From: the human T2T-CHM13v2.0 reference genome, Homo sapiens
NCBI RefSeq assembly: GCF_009914755.1
Contig: NC_060940.1
DNA: 64,000 nucleotides
Strand: one strand, 5' to 3'
A program made the position numbers and the translations under genes. Below are positions 34,111-49,265 of the stretch, in pieces; positions within the stretch are counted from its first letter, which is position 1; every line of letters starts with the position of its first letter. The notes under the pieces were generated by a model, which worked only from the letters and a program-made list of their open reading frames with translations, had not been told where the DNA came from and did not search any database.

Positions 34111-34364
34111 TATGCGGCCCTTAAGAACACAGGTGCTGGTCAGCAGCCTTGGTCCCTTTTCCAGAACCAACTTACCCAGGGCATGAACTCAGGTAATTAT
34201 TTCCTGCCTCTGAGCCTCAATTTCCTCATTTTGGGAAAGATAATAACAGCACCTACTTCACAGACATCGTGGGAAGACTGAAGAAGATAAAGCGCCATCA
34301 TCATCTGGTAACGTGAGCTGTTATTAACACTTTGATCTTTAAAATAATCTTGTGATATAGTGAC

Positions 34365-35135
34365 TTTAGTAACTTCTTAGAGCTGCCCTGACAAACCACC
34401 ACAAATTAGGTGGCTTAAAACAACTGAAATGTATTCTCTCACAATTCTGAAGGTCCAAATTTCAAAATCAGTCCAGGCAGGTGCAGTGGCTCACACCTGT
34501 AATCCCAGCACTTTGGGAGGCTAAGGCAGGCGGATCACCTGATGTCAGGAGCTCGACACCAGCTTGACCAACATGGTGAAACCCCATCTCTACTAAAAAT
34601 ACAGAAATTAGCTGGGTGTGTGGTGCATGCCTGTAATCCCAGCTACTAGGGAGGCTGAGGCAGGAGAATCACTTGAACCTGAGAAGCAGATGTTGCAGTG
34701 AGCACACGCCACTTCACTCCAGCCTAGGCAACAGAATGAGAGTCTGTCTCAAAAAGAAAAAGAAAAAAAACAAAGTTCAAAATCAAGGTGTCAGGTGGGC
34801 CATGCACCCTCTGAGGACTCCAGTGGAGGATCCTTCTTTGCCTATTCCAGCTCCTGGTGGCTCCAGGTGCATCTTGGCTTGTGGCAGCATCTCTCCAACC
34901 CCTGCCTCTGTCTTCATGTGGCCTTCTCTCTGTGTATCTCTCCATCCTCACATGGTCTTCTTAGAAAGACACCAGTCATTGGTTTTAGGGCCCACCCTAA
35001 CCCAATGTAACTTCATCTTAACGATAGTAATTACACCGGTAAAGACCGCTTTTCCTAAGTAAGGTCACATTTATAGGTAGTGAAGTTACAATTTCAACAT
35101 GATCTTTTTGGGGCACATGCTTGAAACTCCAACAG
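34365..35135 (-). mobile_element. MLT1 MaLR LTR interrupted by AluS (34478-34772)
   Basis: gtggcttaaaacaactgaaatgtattctctcacaattctg...aaggtcacatt; Alu TSD ttcaaaatca-like. Confidence 0.75.
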
Positions 35136-35147
35136 TCCCCTATTTAG

Positions 35148-35845
<698 letters not shown>

Positions 35846-36497
35846 TAATTCCACCCAGTTCTGAGACTAGCTGCTTCCATCGCACAGATCAGGACCAACG
35901 TCCCAGCTGTGGAGAAAAAACAATGGCTGCTTCAAGCATTACAGGTGAATCCTCGGCCCGCCATGGGCTCCCTGAGCTGCTACTTCCAAGCAAGGACCCA
36001 GCAATCCAGTGGGTGCAGGAGGGAGCAAACTCCACCAAGGAACAAAGGTGGAAGGGGATAGGGGAGTCGGCTTTTTCAATGCATGAATATTTTATCAGTC
36101 ATCAAAGCGTTGTTTCTCTTGTGGGCTCTGAGTACTCTGTTAAAAGAAGCATTTCATTGAGGAAATAGAAATGAATGTGGGACAGACGTCGATGTTCTAA
36201 CAGAATCCCCATGCCACCCTCACAAGGAGAAGGTGGCTGAGCCCTGCAGTTGCGATGCTGCCGACTTCGTTCTGCTGATGATGGAGGAGCTGTGTGTGCG
36301 TGAAGCCCAGGTTTCCATGACAGAAGCTGCAGCACCAGGACAAGGACTGAGATCCCCATGGGGCTCTTTAGACCCCAAAGGTGAGAAGTCGGGAGCCTGG
36401 GGTGGCTGAATGGGAGGCAGAAGTGGGCGGCTTAGCTGGGCACTCAGAAGACCGGGCTTTGCGTCTCTGTTCTGGAAACTTCTGGCTAACGATCTTG

Positions 36498-36797
36498 TTG
36501 TGGTTGTTGTTGTTTGAGATAGGGTCTCACTCTGTTACCCAGGCTGGAGTGCAGTGGTGCCATCACAGCTCACTGCAGCCTCGACCTCCTAGGCTCAATT
36601 CCCCCACCTCAGCCTCCTGAGTAGCTGGGACTACAGGTGCACACCACCATACCCGGCTATTTTTTATTATTTTTTTTTTTGTAGAGATGGGGTCTTGCTA
36701 TGTTGCTTAGGCTGGGCTCAAACTCCTGGGCTCAAGCGATCCTCCTGCCTTGGCCTTCTAAATTGTTGGGATTACAGGTGTGAGGCACTGTGCCCAG
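36498..36797 (-). mobile_element. AluJ
   Basis: Reverse Alu consensus. Confidence 0.87.
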
Positions 36798-37324
36798 CAT
36801 GCCCAGTGATCTTGGATGCATCCTTGACCTCCCTGAGTTTCTGTTGGCTTGTCCATCAGTGGGAGCGAGGGTGGGCATCCTCTCCTTGGACAGTGGCAAG
36901 GGTCAGATGAGCCTTGGAACTTGCCCTGGAATCTCTAAAGTGCTTGGCCATGTTAACAAAAGTTTGCATGCCAGGGTGGCCCATCCTCAGCGACTAGGGG
37001 CTGGGCACAGAGGACGCACTTCCTGCTGGCTCCAAAAGGCGGGTTGTTTATTCTCAAGGAAGAAAGGGAGGGAGGTAGCCCGGGATGTCAAAGGGAGATT
37101 CTGAGGCTGGAGTTCGAGTCTCACCCTGGTTTCTCTCACTATGAGCCTCTACCAGAGCAAGTCTTCTCCTTCTGTGGGCCTCAGGCTCCTGTCTGTCATT
37201 CAGGGCATGAGAACATGCTTGGCAAGTTTCCAGGGGGCCCTCACTATGTCTGGGATCCCCCATCAGCCCCAACGTTCACCTCCAGGAGAAGGCACCAAAG
37301 TCAGCATTGGGGACTGAGGCTGGG

Positions 37325-37677
37325 TGTATTAGTCTGTTCTCCACTGTTGGTAAAGACATACCTGAGACTGGGTAAATTATAAAGAAAAAGAGATTTAATG
37401 GACTCACAGTTCCACGTGGCTGGGGAGGCCTCACAATCATGGCAGAAGGCAAAAGACACGTCTTATATCACAGCAGGCGAGACAGGGAATGAGAGCGAAG
37501 CAAAAGAGGGAAACCTCTTAAAAACCATCAGGTTTCTTAAGACTTATTCGCTACCACGAGAACAGTATGGGGGAAACTGCTCCCATGATTCGATTATCTC
37601 ACACAGGGTCCCTCCTGGAATTCTGGGAACTGCAACTCAAGATGAGATTTGGGTGGGGACACAGCCAAACCATAACA
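37325..37677 (-). mobile_element. THE1 solo LTR
   Basis: tgtattagtctgttctc...cagccaaaccataaca; perfect 5-bp TSD ctggg. Confidence 0.92.
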
Positions 37678-37849
37678 CTGGGTTTTCAGTCTACTCCTGT
37701 CTGTCCAGCCCTAGGGAGATTCCCCTTCCCTTGCCTATAGCACAGTCTTGGGCAACACTTATTGAGCTAGTTAATCAAGGCAAAATTAGGAGGAAGAGTT
37801 TCTGGTCTCTCAAAAGACTGGACAGGACATTATTTTCATCGTACAACAC

Positions 37850-38090
37850 ACTCTTCCCTGCCACCTTCTCCCCATGTGCTTTACAGAACTTCTTACCAGG
37901 AAGCATACCCCGCATTCCACCAGCCATGTTTACTGTCTGTCATACCCGTGCACTCATACACACACATGCACAGACCCCAGAATGTCAGCTTCAAAAGGCA
38001 GGTTTTGAGTCACTTTTGTTCACTGCTAAATCCTTGGTGTTTCAAACAGCACCTGGCACATCAGGCATCAAAGAAGTCACTGTTGAATGA
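37850..38090 (+). mobile_element. L2 3' end
   Basis: tttgttcactgctaaatcc...acagcacctggcacat...tgttgaatgaatga. Confidence 0.75.
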
Positions 38091-41000
38091 ATGAGTCGAT
38101 GAGCATATGAATGAGTAAGTGAATGAATGAATAACTATATGAACAAGTGAGTGAATAAGTGAATGAATGAGTGAATAAATGAATGAGTGAGCGAGTGAAT
38201 AAATGAATCAGTGAATGAATGAGTGAGGGAGGAAGGCAATGAGTGGGGGAATGAATGAATGAATGAATGAGTGAGTGAGGTAATGCGTGAATCAGTGAAT
38301 AGTGAATGAGTGAGTGAAGGAGGGAGTGAATGAGTGAGTGAATGAATGAGTGAGTGAGGGAATGAGTGAGTGAATGAGTGAGTGAGTGAATGAGTAAATG
38401 AGTGAATGAATGAGTAAGTGAATGAGTGAGTAAGTGAATGACTGAATGAGGGAGGGAGGGAATGAGTGAGTGAATGAGTGAGTGTATGAATGAGTAAATC
38501 AGTGACTGAATGTGTGAGTGAATGAGTGAGTAAATGAGTGAGTGAGTGAATGAGTGAGTAAATGAGTGAGTGAATGAATGAGTGAGTGAGTGAATGAGTG
38601 AGCAAATAAGTAAGTGAATGAGTGAGTGAATGAGTGAGTTAGTGAATGAGTGAGTTAGTGAATGACTGAATGAGTCAGTGAGTGAGTGAATGAGTCAGTG
38701 AATGAGTGAGGGAATGAGTGAGTGAGTGAATGAGTGACTGAGTAAATGAGTGAGGGAGGGAGGGAATGAGTGAGTGAATGAATGAGTGAGTAAATGAGTG
38801 AGTGAGGGAGGGAGGGAATGAGTGAATGAGTGAGTGAGTGAATTAGTGAGTGAATGAATGAGTGAGTGAGGGAATGAGTGAGTGAGTGAATGAGTAAATG
38901 AGTGAGTGAATAAGTGAGTGAGTGAATGAGTGAATGAGTGAGTGAGGGAGGGAGGGAATGAGTGAGTGAATGAGTATGTGAATGAGTAAATGAGTGACTG
39001 AATGAGTGAGTTAATGAGTGAGTGAGTGAATGAGTGAGTGAGTGAATGAGTGAGTGAATGAGTGAGGAAATAAGTAAGTGAATGAGTGAGTGAGTGAGTG
39101 AATGAGTGAGTGAGTGAATGAGTGAGTGAGGGAATGAGTGAGTGAGTGAATGAGTGAGTGAGTGAATGAATCAGTCAGTAACTGAATGAATGAGTCAATG
39201 AATTAGTGAGGGAATGAGTGAGTGAGTGAATGAGTGATCGAGTAAATGAGTGAGTGAGGGAGGGAGGGAATGAGTGACGGAGTAAATGAGTGAGTGAAGG
39301 AGGGAGGGAATGAGTGAGTGAATGAGTAAGTGAGTGAATGAGTGAGTAAATGAGTGAGGGAGGGAGGGAATGAGTGAGTGAATAAGTGAGTGAGTGAATG
39401 AGTGAGTAAATGAGTGAGGGAGGGAGGGAATGAGTGAATGAGTGAGGAAATGAGTGAGTGAGTGAATGAGTGAGTGAATGAATGAGTGAGGGAATGAGTG
39501 AGTGAATGAGTGAGTGAATGAGTAAATTGAGTGAATGAGTAAGTGAATGAGTGAATGAGTAAGTGAATGAGTGAGTGAGGGAGGGAGGGAATGAGTGAGT
39601 GAATGAGTGAGTGTGTGAATGAGTAAATGATGACTGAATGAGTGAGTGAGTAAATGAGTGAGTGAATGAGTGAGTGAATGAATGAGTAAATGAGTGAGCA
39701 AATAAGTAAGTGAATGAGTGAGTGAATGAGTCAGTGAGTGAATGAATGAGTCAGTGAATGAGTGAGGGAATGAGTGAGTGAATAAATGAGTGAGTGAGGG
39801 AGGGAGGGTATGAGTGAGTGAATGAGTGAGTGAGTGAATGAGTGAGTAAATGAGTGAGTGAGGGAGGGAGGGAATGAGTGAATGAGTGAGTGAATGAGTA
39901 AATGAGTGAGTGAATTAGTGAGTGAATGAATGAGTGAGTGAGGCAATGAGTGAGTGAATGAGTAAGTGAATGAGTGAGTAAGTGAATGAGTGACTGAGGG
40001 AGGGAGGAAAAGAGTGAGTGAATGAGTAAGTGAATGAGTGAGTAAGTGAATGAGTCACTGAGGGAGGGAGGAAATGAGTAAGTGAATGAGTGAGTGTGTG
40101 AATGAGTAAATGAGTGACTGAATGAGTGAGTGAATGAGTAAATGAGTGAGTGAATGAGTGAGCGAATAAGTAAGTGAATGAGTAAGTGAATGAGTGAGTT
40201 AGTGAATGAGTGAGTGAGTGAATGAGTCAGTGAGTGAATGAATGAGTCAGTGAATAAGTGAGGGAATGAGTGAGTGAGTGAATGACTGAGTGAGTAAATG
40301 AGTGAGGGAGGGAGGGAATGAGTGAGTGAGTGAGTGAATGAGTGAGGGAGGGAGGGAGGGAGGGAATGAGTGAATGAGTGAGTGAGTGAATTAGTGAGTG
40401 AATGAATGAGTGAGTGAGGGAATGAGTAAATGAGTGAGTGAACGAGTAAGTAAATGAGTGAGTGAATGAGTGAATGAGTGAGTGAGGGAGGGCGGGAGGG
40501 AATGAGTGAGTGAATGAGTATGTGAATGAGTAAATGAGTGACTGAATGAGTGATTAAATGAGTAAATGAGTGAGTGAGTGCATGAATGAGTGAGTGAGTG
40601 AATGAGTGAGGACATAAGTAAGTGAATGAGTGAGTTAGTGAATGAGTGAGTGAATGAGTTAGTGAATGAGTGAGTAAATGAGTGAGTGAGTGCATGAATG
40701 AGTGAGTGGGTGAATGAGTGAGGAAATAAGTGAATGAGTGAGGAAATAAGTGAATGAGTGAGGAAATAAGTGAATGAGTGAGTTAGAGAATGAGTCAGTG
40801 AGAGAATGAGTCAGTGAGTGAATGAGTCAGTGAATGAGTGAGGGAATGAGTGAGTGAGTGAATGAGTGAGTGAGTAAATGAGTGAGTGAGGGAGGGAGGG
40901 AATGAGTGAGTGAGTAAATGAGTGAGGGAGGGACGGAGGGAATGAATGAGTGAATGAGTGAGTGAGTGAATGAGTGAGTAAATGAGTGAGTGACGGAGGG

Positions 41001-41890
41001 AGGGAATGAGTGAATGAGTCAGGGAATGAGTGAGTGAGTGAATGAGTGAGTGAGTAAATGAGTGAGTGAGGGAGGGAGGGAATGAGGGAGTGAATGAGTG
41101 AGTGAGTGAATGAGTGAGTAAATGAGTGAGTGAGGGAGGGAGGGAATGAGTGAATGAGTGAGTGAGTGAATGAGTGAGTAAATGAGTGAGTGAGGGAGGG
41201 AGGGAATGAGTGAGTGAGTGAATGAGTGAGTAAATGAGTGAGTGAGGGAGGGAGGGAATGAGTGAATGAGTGAGTGAATGAGTAAATGAGTGAGTGAGTG
41301 AATTAGTGAGTAAATGAGTGAGTGAATGAGTGAGTGATGGAGGGAATGAGTGAGTGAATGAGTGAGTGAATGAATGAGGGAGGGAGGGAGTGAATGAGTG
41401 AGTGAGTGAATGAGTGAATGAGTGACTGAGTGAGGGAATGAGTGAGTGAGGGAATGGGTGAGTGAATGAGTGAGTGAGGGAGTGAAAGAGTGAGTGAGTG
41501 AATGAGTAAATAAGTGACTGAGTGAATACATGAGTGAGTGAATGAGTGAGTGAATGAGTGAGTGAGTGAGTGAATGAGTGAGTGAGTGAATGAGTAAATT
41601 AATGACTGAGTGAATAAGTGAGTGAGTGAGTGGGTAAGCAAATGGATGGATAATGATGGATGGGTGGATGGATGCATGGATGGATGAGTGAATTGATTAA
41701 TGGGAAAATGTATGAGTAAATGAATAAGTGAGTGAATGAATGAAGCATGGGACAGGTATAAGCAAGTGAACTTATGAATGAACAAAGACTGAATGCGTGC
41801 ATGAATATATAAATAAGTGAAGCAATGAGTGAGTAAATGAATGGATGGGTGGGTGGCAAGTGAATAAATGAATGAGTGAATAAATGAATG
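38084..41890 (+). repeat. ~3.8-kb complex (TGAG/TGAA/GGAG)n tandem array with higher-order structure
   Basis: Read directly; core to ~41640, degenerate to ~41890. Confidence 0.97.
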
Positions 41891-42494
41891 GATCTTCTTT
41901 GCCAGATAGAGCGCCTTCTCTGAGAGAAAGAGAGCGGCCAGTTGTTTGCCAGGGGTTCCAGCCAGGTCTGGACCTGAGGGGACAAATCGTGGCTGAGCCT
42001 CCCCAGCAAAGGGACAGGCGCCGTAGTCCCACTTCCTCCTCCTGTTTACCTTCTCATGAGTATAAATCCCCTCCTCTAACCCCCGGTTAGTCCAGCACAC
42101 CTGGATCTGACCACACCTCCACCTGCTCCGAGTTCTTTCTCCTCTCATCTGGCCCTGGGAGGCCCCTCCCTGTACTTCCTGCAACCACTCTCACCCCTGC
42201 AGGCCGGTCCGTTCACACAACAGACCTAAGGGTCTTAGAGCAGTGGATCTTACCTACCCTGCACAGCAGAATCACCTGGGGAACCTTGTGAACATAACAA
42301 TGCCCAGGTCCGCCCTCGAGGGTCTGATTGCATTTGGCTCCATTGGGGCCCCAGTGCTAGCAACTGGTTGTTTTTTAAATAGGACCCCCACGTGATGCTA
42401 ATGTAGAGCCAGGGTTGAGAACCACTGTCTTAAAGGCATATCACTCTCAAGAGAGAGTCCAAGTGGAATAAGAAAATAGAAGAGGAGAGGGCAA

Positions 42495-43092
<598 letters not shown>

Positions 43093-43355
43093 GCATCCCA
43101 ACCCCACTTAATCATCAGCACCTCCTTACCAGGGGCCAAGGGCATCGCCCACTGCCTTCTCTCTCCCTGCCTCTACCTTCACCTCCTATTTCTCTCCATC
43201 AACCCTCCCTCTTCATTTCCCTCTAACACAGAAGCTTCTTCCCACCTCAGGGCCTTTGCGTCTGCTGTCACCTGCCTGGTCTGCAGTTTCCCTACCTACA
43301 GGTTTTTCATGCGGGTCTCAGCACAATGTCACCTCCTCCAAGAAGCCCTTTCTAA

Positions 43356-43751
<396 letters not shown>

Positions 43752-44832
43752 TAACACTAATCACTGTCTGAATCTCTCAGATAGATTATTGGTTCATGTG
43801 TTTATCATCTGTTCCCATGTGAGCTAGGAAGGGTGGAGATTTTCTTGGCCACCCCCATTAATGTGTCCCCAGGCCCTGGAACAGTCTCTGACACTGTAGG
43901 TATCTGGCAAGCATTTATCAAATGCATGAATGGATGGGCGAATGAATGAGCTTATTCTGTGTTGTCAGTTCCTGAGGTGCACACATGTTTTGGTTTGTTA
44001 TTGTCCATTATTGCTCGCTTAGCAGAGTGTCTCAGCATGTCCCAAGGTGGACGTGTGGGACCAGATGTCCTGAGCATCATAGGATGCGAGGAGCATCCCT
44101 GGCCTCTTCCCACTGGAGCTGCCGGTAATACCACTCCCCACACGCACTAAGAACAACCAAAACTGTCTCCAAACACTGCCAAATGTCAGGTGGGGGAGAG
44201 AATCGCCCCAGCTGAGAACTCTGGCCCTGCAGTATTTAATCCAGCACTTGGGCGCTAGGAGGGCTGAAAACGTGTCTTTTGACGAATTTGGGGATCAAAT
44301 CCTGCCTCTGGAGCAGTTCCACAATACGACCAGCAGGTGGAAGCAGAGACCGCCCTTTCGGTAGCATGGTTGCCCTCACTTTGCAAAAACTTTGTTTTCC
44401 CCAGCATTGTAACTGATTTTCCAACAGCGCTCATTTAGCCCCATGTGGCCATGTGAGTAACCCACTCCTTTTGCGCCTTTCCGGATTAGACAGGGACGTC
44501 GCAGCAACGTCCTGAAAGGAGCAGACAGCCAGTAAAGAAGTGCAGGCGTTGGTGGAAGTAGGGGGAGGACTATCTTGGGATCAGGCAGTTCTGAAGTTTA
44601 CTCCCAGTTGCGTCCCTTTCTCTCCTTATGCCCTTAGTCCAGTTATGTTAACCTGCCAGTGCCTCAGTTTCCTCATCTGTATCCTGCTTTGCTTATCTCC
44701 TAGTCCTCACCACGGGCTACGTATTTCATATGCCTCTCTCTCCTCAATCATGTGGCACCCCAGAGAGCAAGGTCTGGGTCTGGAGGAGTCATTGCCCCCC
44801 CAGTTGCTGGTGTGTACTGGCCTTCCTTTGAG

Positions 44833-45106
44833 TGTTTGTTGAATGACTGACTGACCGACTGGCGTGGAGAATAGCACAGGTGCATAGATGTGGATGTCAG
44901 CTATAATGATGACAATGCTGATGTCATGGTGGTGTCATGTCGTTGTGGTGGTGATGTCATGGCATGGTGGTGATGATGTCATGATGTTTGTTGAATGACT
45001 GACTGACCGACTGGCATGGAGAATAGCACAGGTGCATAGAAAGTACTCAGTGGGTGTCAGCTATGATGATGACAGTGTTGACGTCATGGTGATGATGATG
45101 TCATGA
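44833..45106 (+). repeat. Imperfect tandem duplication, period 152 bp
   Basis: tgtttgttgaatgactgactgaccgactggc(g/a)tggagaatagcacaggtgcataga at 44833 and 44985. Confidence 0.9.
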
Positions 45107-46035
45107 TGAAGACGATGATGCCATATTGTTGATAATCGTGTTGTCATTTTTTAATCCACACCAGTATTCCCCAAACCATCAGCACCTCCCAGAGTTTCCT
45201 AAGCCAAAGGCTCCTCGGGCCCTCCCCTACATCTCATGACTTGGAATCTTGCAGGAACAGAATCTCAGCCATGGTTTTGGGTTAGAATAGGCTGGAGAGC
45301 TCTTAAAAAACACTGATGCCTGGACACCAGCCCTAGAGAATATCAGATCAAGGATGTAGACAGCAGCAGGATTTTTGGAAGATACCCAGGTGATTCTAAG
45401 AGCAGCAAGATGACAACCCTTCTCTGTCACTTAATAAACGCCCCACCTCGGCATTTATGCAAACAGTGGCTCTGGGCCAGAAGCCTCGGCATCGCCTGGA
45501 AGCCACTTAGAAATGTGAGTTTTTGGGCTTCACCCAGGCCTCCTGGCTCAGACACCCTGGGGGTGGCATCAGCCCGAGAGTATCAACAAGCCCATAGAGT
45601 CTGGGGCGCGCTAAATGTGAACAGCACTGCCCCAGGGGACCCGGATGGGGAGCCCATTCCCAGGGGCAGAACACCAGGATGAAAGGAGGGATGGATTTTT
45701 CTGGGGGAGGACGGAAAAGGTATGATTAGTCTTGAAGAGTGCTCTATCAATTGGCCAACCCCTTGGGAGTCTCGCAGCTTCATATTGTAGACCTAACCTG
45801 ACCCCGCAGAAAGCTAATGTCATGCCAGAGTTATTTTAGAGCAAAAGGAACTCCAGGCCAGAGCTCCCCAGAGAGAGCTGAACGCATTACAGGGCCCAGG
45901 AGGTAGGGCACCCTCTCCCTTTCCCAGACCCACCAAGGAGCTGATCCAAGGGACATGGGTGAGGAGGAAATGAAGTCGGAGGGGGCGTGAGGACTTTGCA
46001 ATCTGTAAAGCTCTGTGTGTGATTAAAGGATCGTT

Positions 46036-46041
46036 TTTATT
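46036..46041 (-). terminator. Polyadenylation signal (AATAAA) of TMEM114; 3'UTR approx. 46015-46290
   Basis: TTTATT on + strand is the first canonical hexamer ~250 nt past the stop; CA dinucleotides lie 15-20 nt downstream on the minus strand. Confidence 0.75.
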
Positions 46042-46290
46042 TCTCGCGAAGCGGTTTGGCACTCCCTCGGGCTCCTCCAGGCCACACGGACACACACGGA
46101 CATAAGCACACAGGTACTAGGATAACAGCCAGGCCCCAAGCTTAGTCCGCGGGGATTTGTGGGGGAAGGAGGGGGGTGCCTGGCCTCCCCGAGTGGCCTT
46201 TGAGGAAGAAGAGGCCGCAGCCGATGGAGATCGGTCGGTGAAGCTCCGGGGCCAAGCCCCTCCCTCCCCTCCACGACCCAGCGCCCAGGC

Positions 46291-46716
<426 letters not shown>

Positions 46717-46843
46717 CTACCCTTCCCACACATGGCAGCTCACGCTTCGATTCCTGGACTTGCCTGAGCAGTGATTCCACAGCACCATACAGCTGCCCAT
46801 CACTGCCCAGGTCACAATTGCAACTTTGCATTCTTTTGTGTAA

Positions 46844-47131
46844 TTTTTTTTTAGACAGAGTCTCGCTCTGTCGCCCAGGCTGGAGTGCAGCGGTGCGATC
46901 TCAGCTTGCTGCGATCTCAGCTTGCTGCAACCTCCACCTCCCGGGTTCAAGCTATTCTCCTGCCTCAGCCTCCTGAGTAGCTGGGACTACAGATGCCCAC
47001 CACCGCGCCCGGCTAATGTTTGTATTTTTAGTAGAGACAGGGTTTCACCATATTGGCCAGACTGGTCTCAAACTCCTGACCTCAAGTGATCCGCCTGTCT
47101 CTGCCTCCTAACGTGCTGGGATTGCAGGCAT
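46844..47131 (-). mobile_element. AluS with internal 16-bp duplication
   Basis: gcgatctcagcttgct occurs twice in tandem. Confidence 0.9.
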
Positions 47132-47819
47132 GTTTGTGTAATTATTTAACTAACATCTGTCTCCCCCAGTGGCCTGTGAGTGTCCAGAGGGCAGACATGC
47201 TCCTGTTGGTTTTGCTCATTTTCAATTCCCCAGCACCGAGAACGGTGCCTGGCCCACGGTGGTTCTCCACAGATATTAGATTTGAGCCACATGGTCCAGT
47301 ACGATAGCCACTGACCAGTTACACATGGCTATTTAAATTTAAGTTAACTAATCTAAATGAAGTTAACAGCTCAGTCCCCCATCAGCACTCACTGCCCTGG
47401 CCTGGTTTGCAGCTCCCGATGCTCGGCATGGATTAGGGAACTTCTCCACCATCACAGAAACTTCTACCAGGCAGTGCTGGTTTTGAGAATTTGTCACTGG
47501 GTGAACTATTAATGCTAATAGTAATAATAATAGTGAGTGGTTAGAGGAGATGAGAACTTTGCAATATTTTCACCTCCAGACATCCCTTTTGTTTTTTTTC
47601 CTCTCTGGATTCCAAGGGAGCATGTCATCACTGCTTTTTTTTTTTTTTTAAAGGAACATTTCAAATACACAGGGATACAGACAGCCTTTAAGGCAGCCAG
47701 CCACGTGCCAGGTCCCATTTTTCAAAACCTCTGGTCCACTAAACCAACCAGTGGTGTTAACCTAGCCATTGTCTGTCCACCTGTTGTTTTGTTTCATCTT
47801 GTTTTTGTGTGTGCTGCTG

Positions 47820-48205
47820 TTTAATTGACAAGTAAAAATTGTATGTATTTACGGTACACAGCATGAGGATTTGATATGTGTGTGTACACTGTGGAGTGGC
47901 TCGGTCAAACTATTCAACACAGGCACGGCCTCACATACTTAGCATTTCTTTTGTGTGTGGTGAGAACTAAAATCTACTCTCAGCGATTTTCAAGAACACA
48001 ATAGGCTGTTGTTAACTGCTGTCACCATGACGCCCAATAGATCACTGAACTTCCTTCTTTTCAGCTGAAATTGTGTGTTCTTTGACCAACATCTCCCCAC
48101 CCTCCCCTGCCCCCACCCCCAGCCTGTTCCATTCTCTCTTTCTGTGAATTTGACTCTTCTAGATTCTACATAGAAAGATCATGAGGTGTTTGTCTTTCTG
48201 TGCCT
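47820..48205 (-). mobile_element. L1MA 3' end fragment
   Basis: ttaattgacaagtaaaaattgtatgtattt...aaaatctactctcagcgattttcaag. Confidence 0.75.
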
Positions 48206-48539
48206 GGTCATGCCCGTTTTTTAGTCGATCAAAGCAGTATCTATCAGAATGGCTGATCAGCAGAATAGAGCGAGGGTGGCTGGAGCGAGGGTCTCCTGCC
48301 AGCTCACAGCCCTAAAGCTTGAAGCTATCACGAGTTTGGGCAAAGGTAATACATGCGGCTTCTTTGGTGAAGTAATGAAAAGGATTCTTGGAAGCTGCTC
48401 CCTCTGCACTGCTCCTGTCTTGGAACCAGAGACTAAGTGATTCTGGGCTGGAAACCACTCATCTCTTCCAACTGATATCCCAGAAGGGGAAACTGAACCC
48501 CACGAGGCCCTGGGATCCCCCTCGTTTGCTGAGGGTTCA

Positions 48540-48743
<204 letters not shown>

Positions 48744-48905
48744 TTAGAAGAGACAGAGAGGATACCAGGCAGAGGACAGTTACTAACATCCTTCATTCAA
48801 TCAACAAACACTTCCCGAGCACCTACTAGAGCTGGGGAAAATCCACACTGTCACTGCCCCTACGACGATTACTTCTACTGTTTCTGATGATGATGATGAC
48901 CATGA

Positions 48906-49265
<360 letters not shown>

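Noticed and set aside
37398-38090. 230-aa ORF (and similar ORF 61541-61777)
   Set aside because: Starts in an antisense THE1 LTR and runs into L2; the similarity between the two ORFs reflects shared LTR sequence.
38135-42184. Long His/Ser/Leu/Thr-rich ORFs (up to 314 aa) on the minus strand
   Set aside because: Translations of the (TCAC/TCAT)n repeat, which rarely contains stop codons; no splice or promoter support.
44327-44346. CTCF-like motif (gaccagcaggtggaagca)
   Set aside because: Mismatch at the highly conserved C of the GGC core; not supportable from sequence alone.
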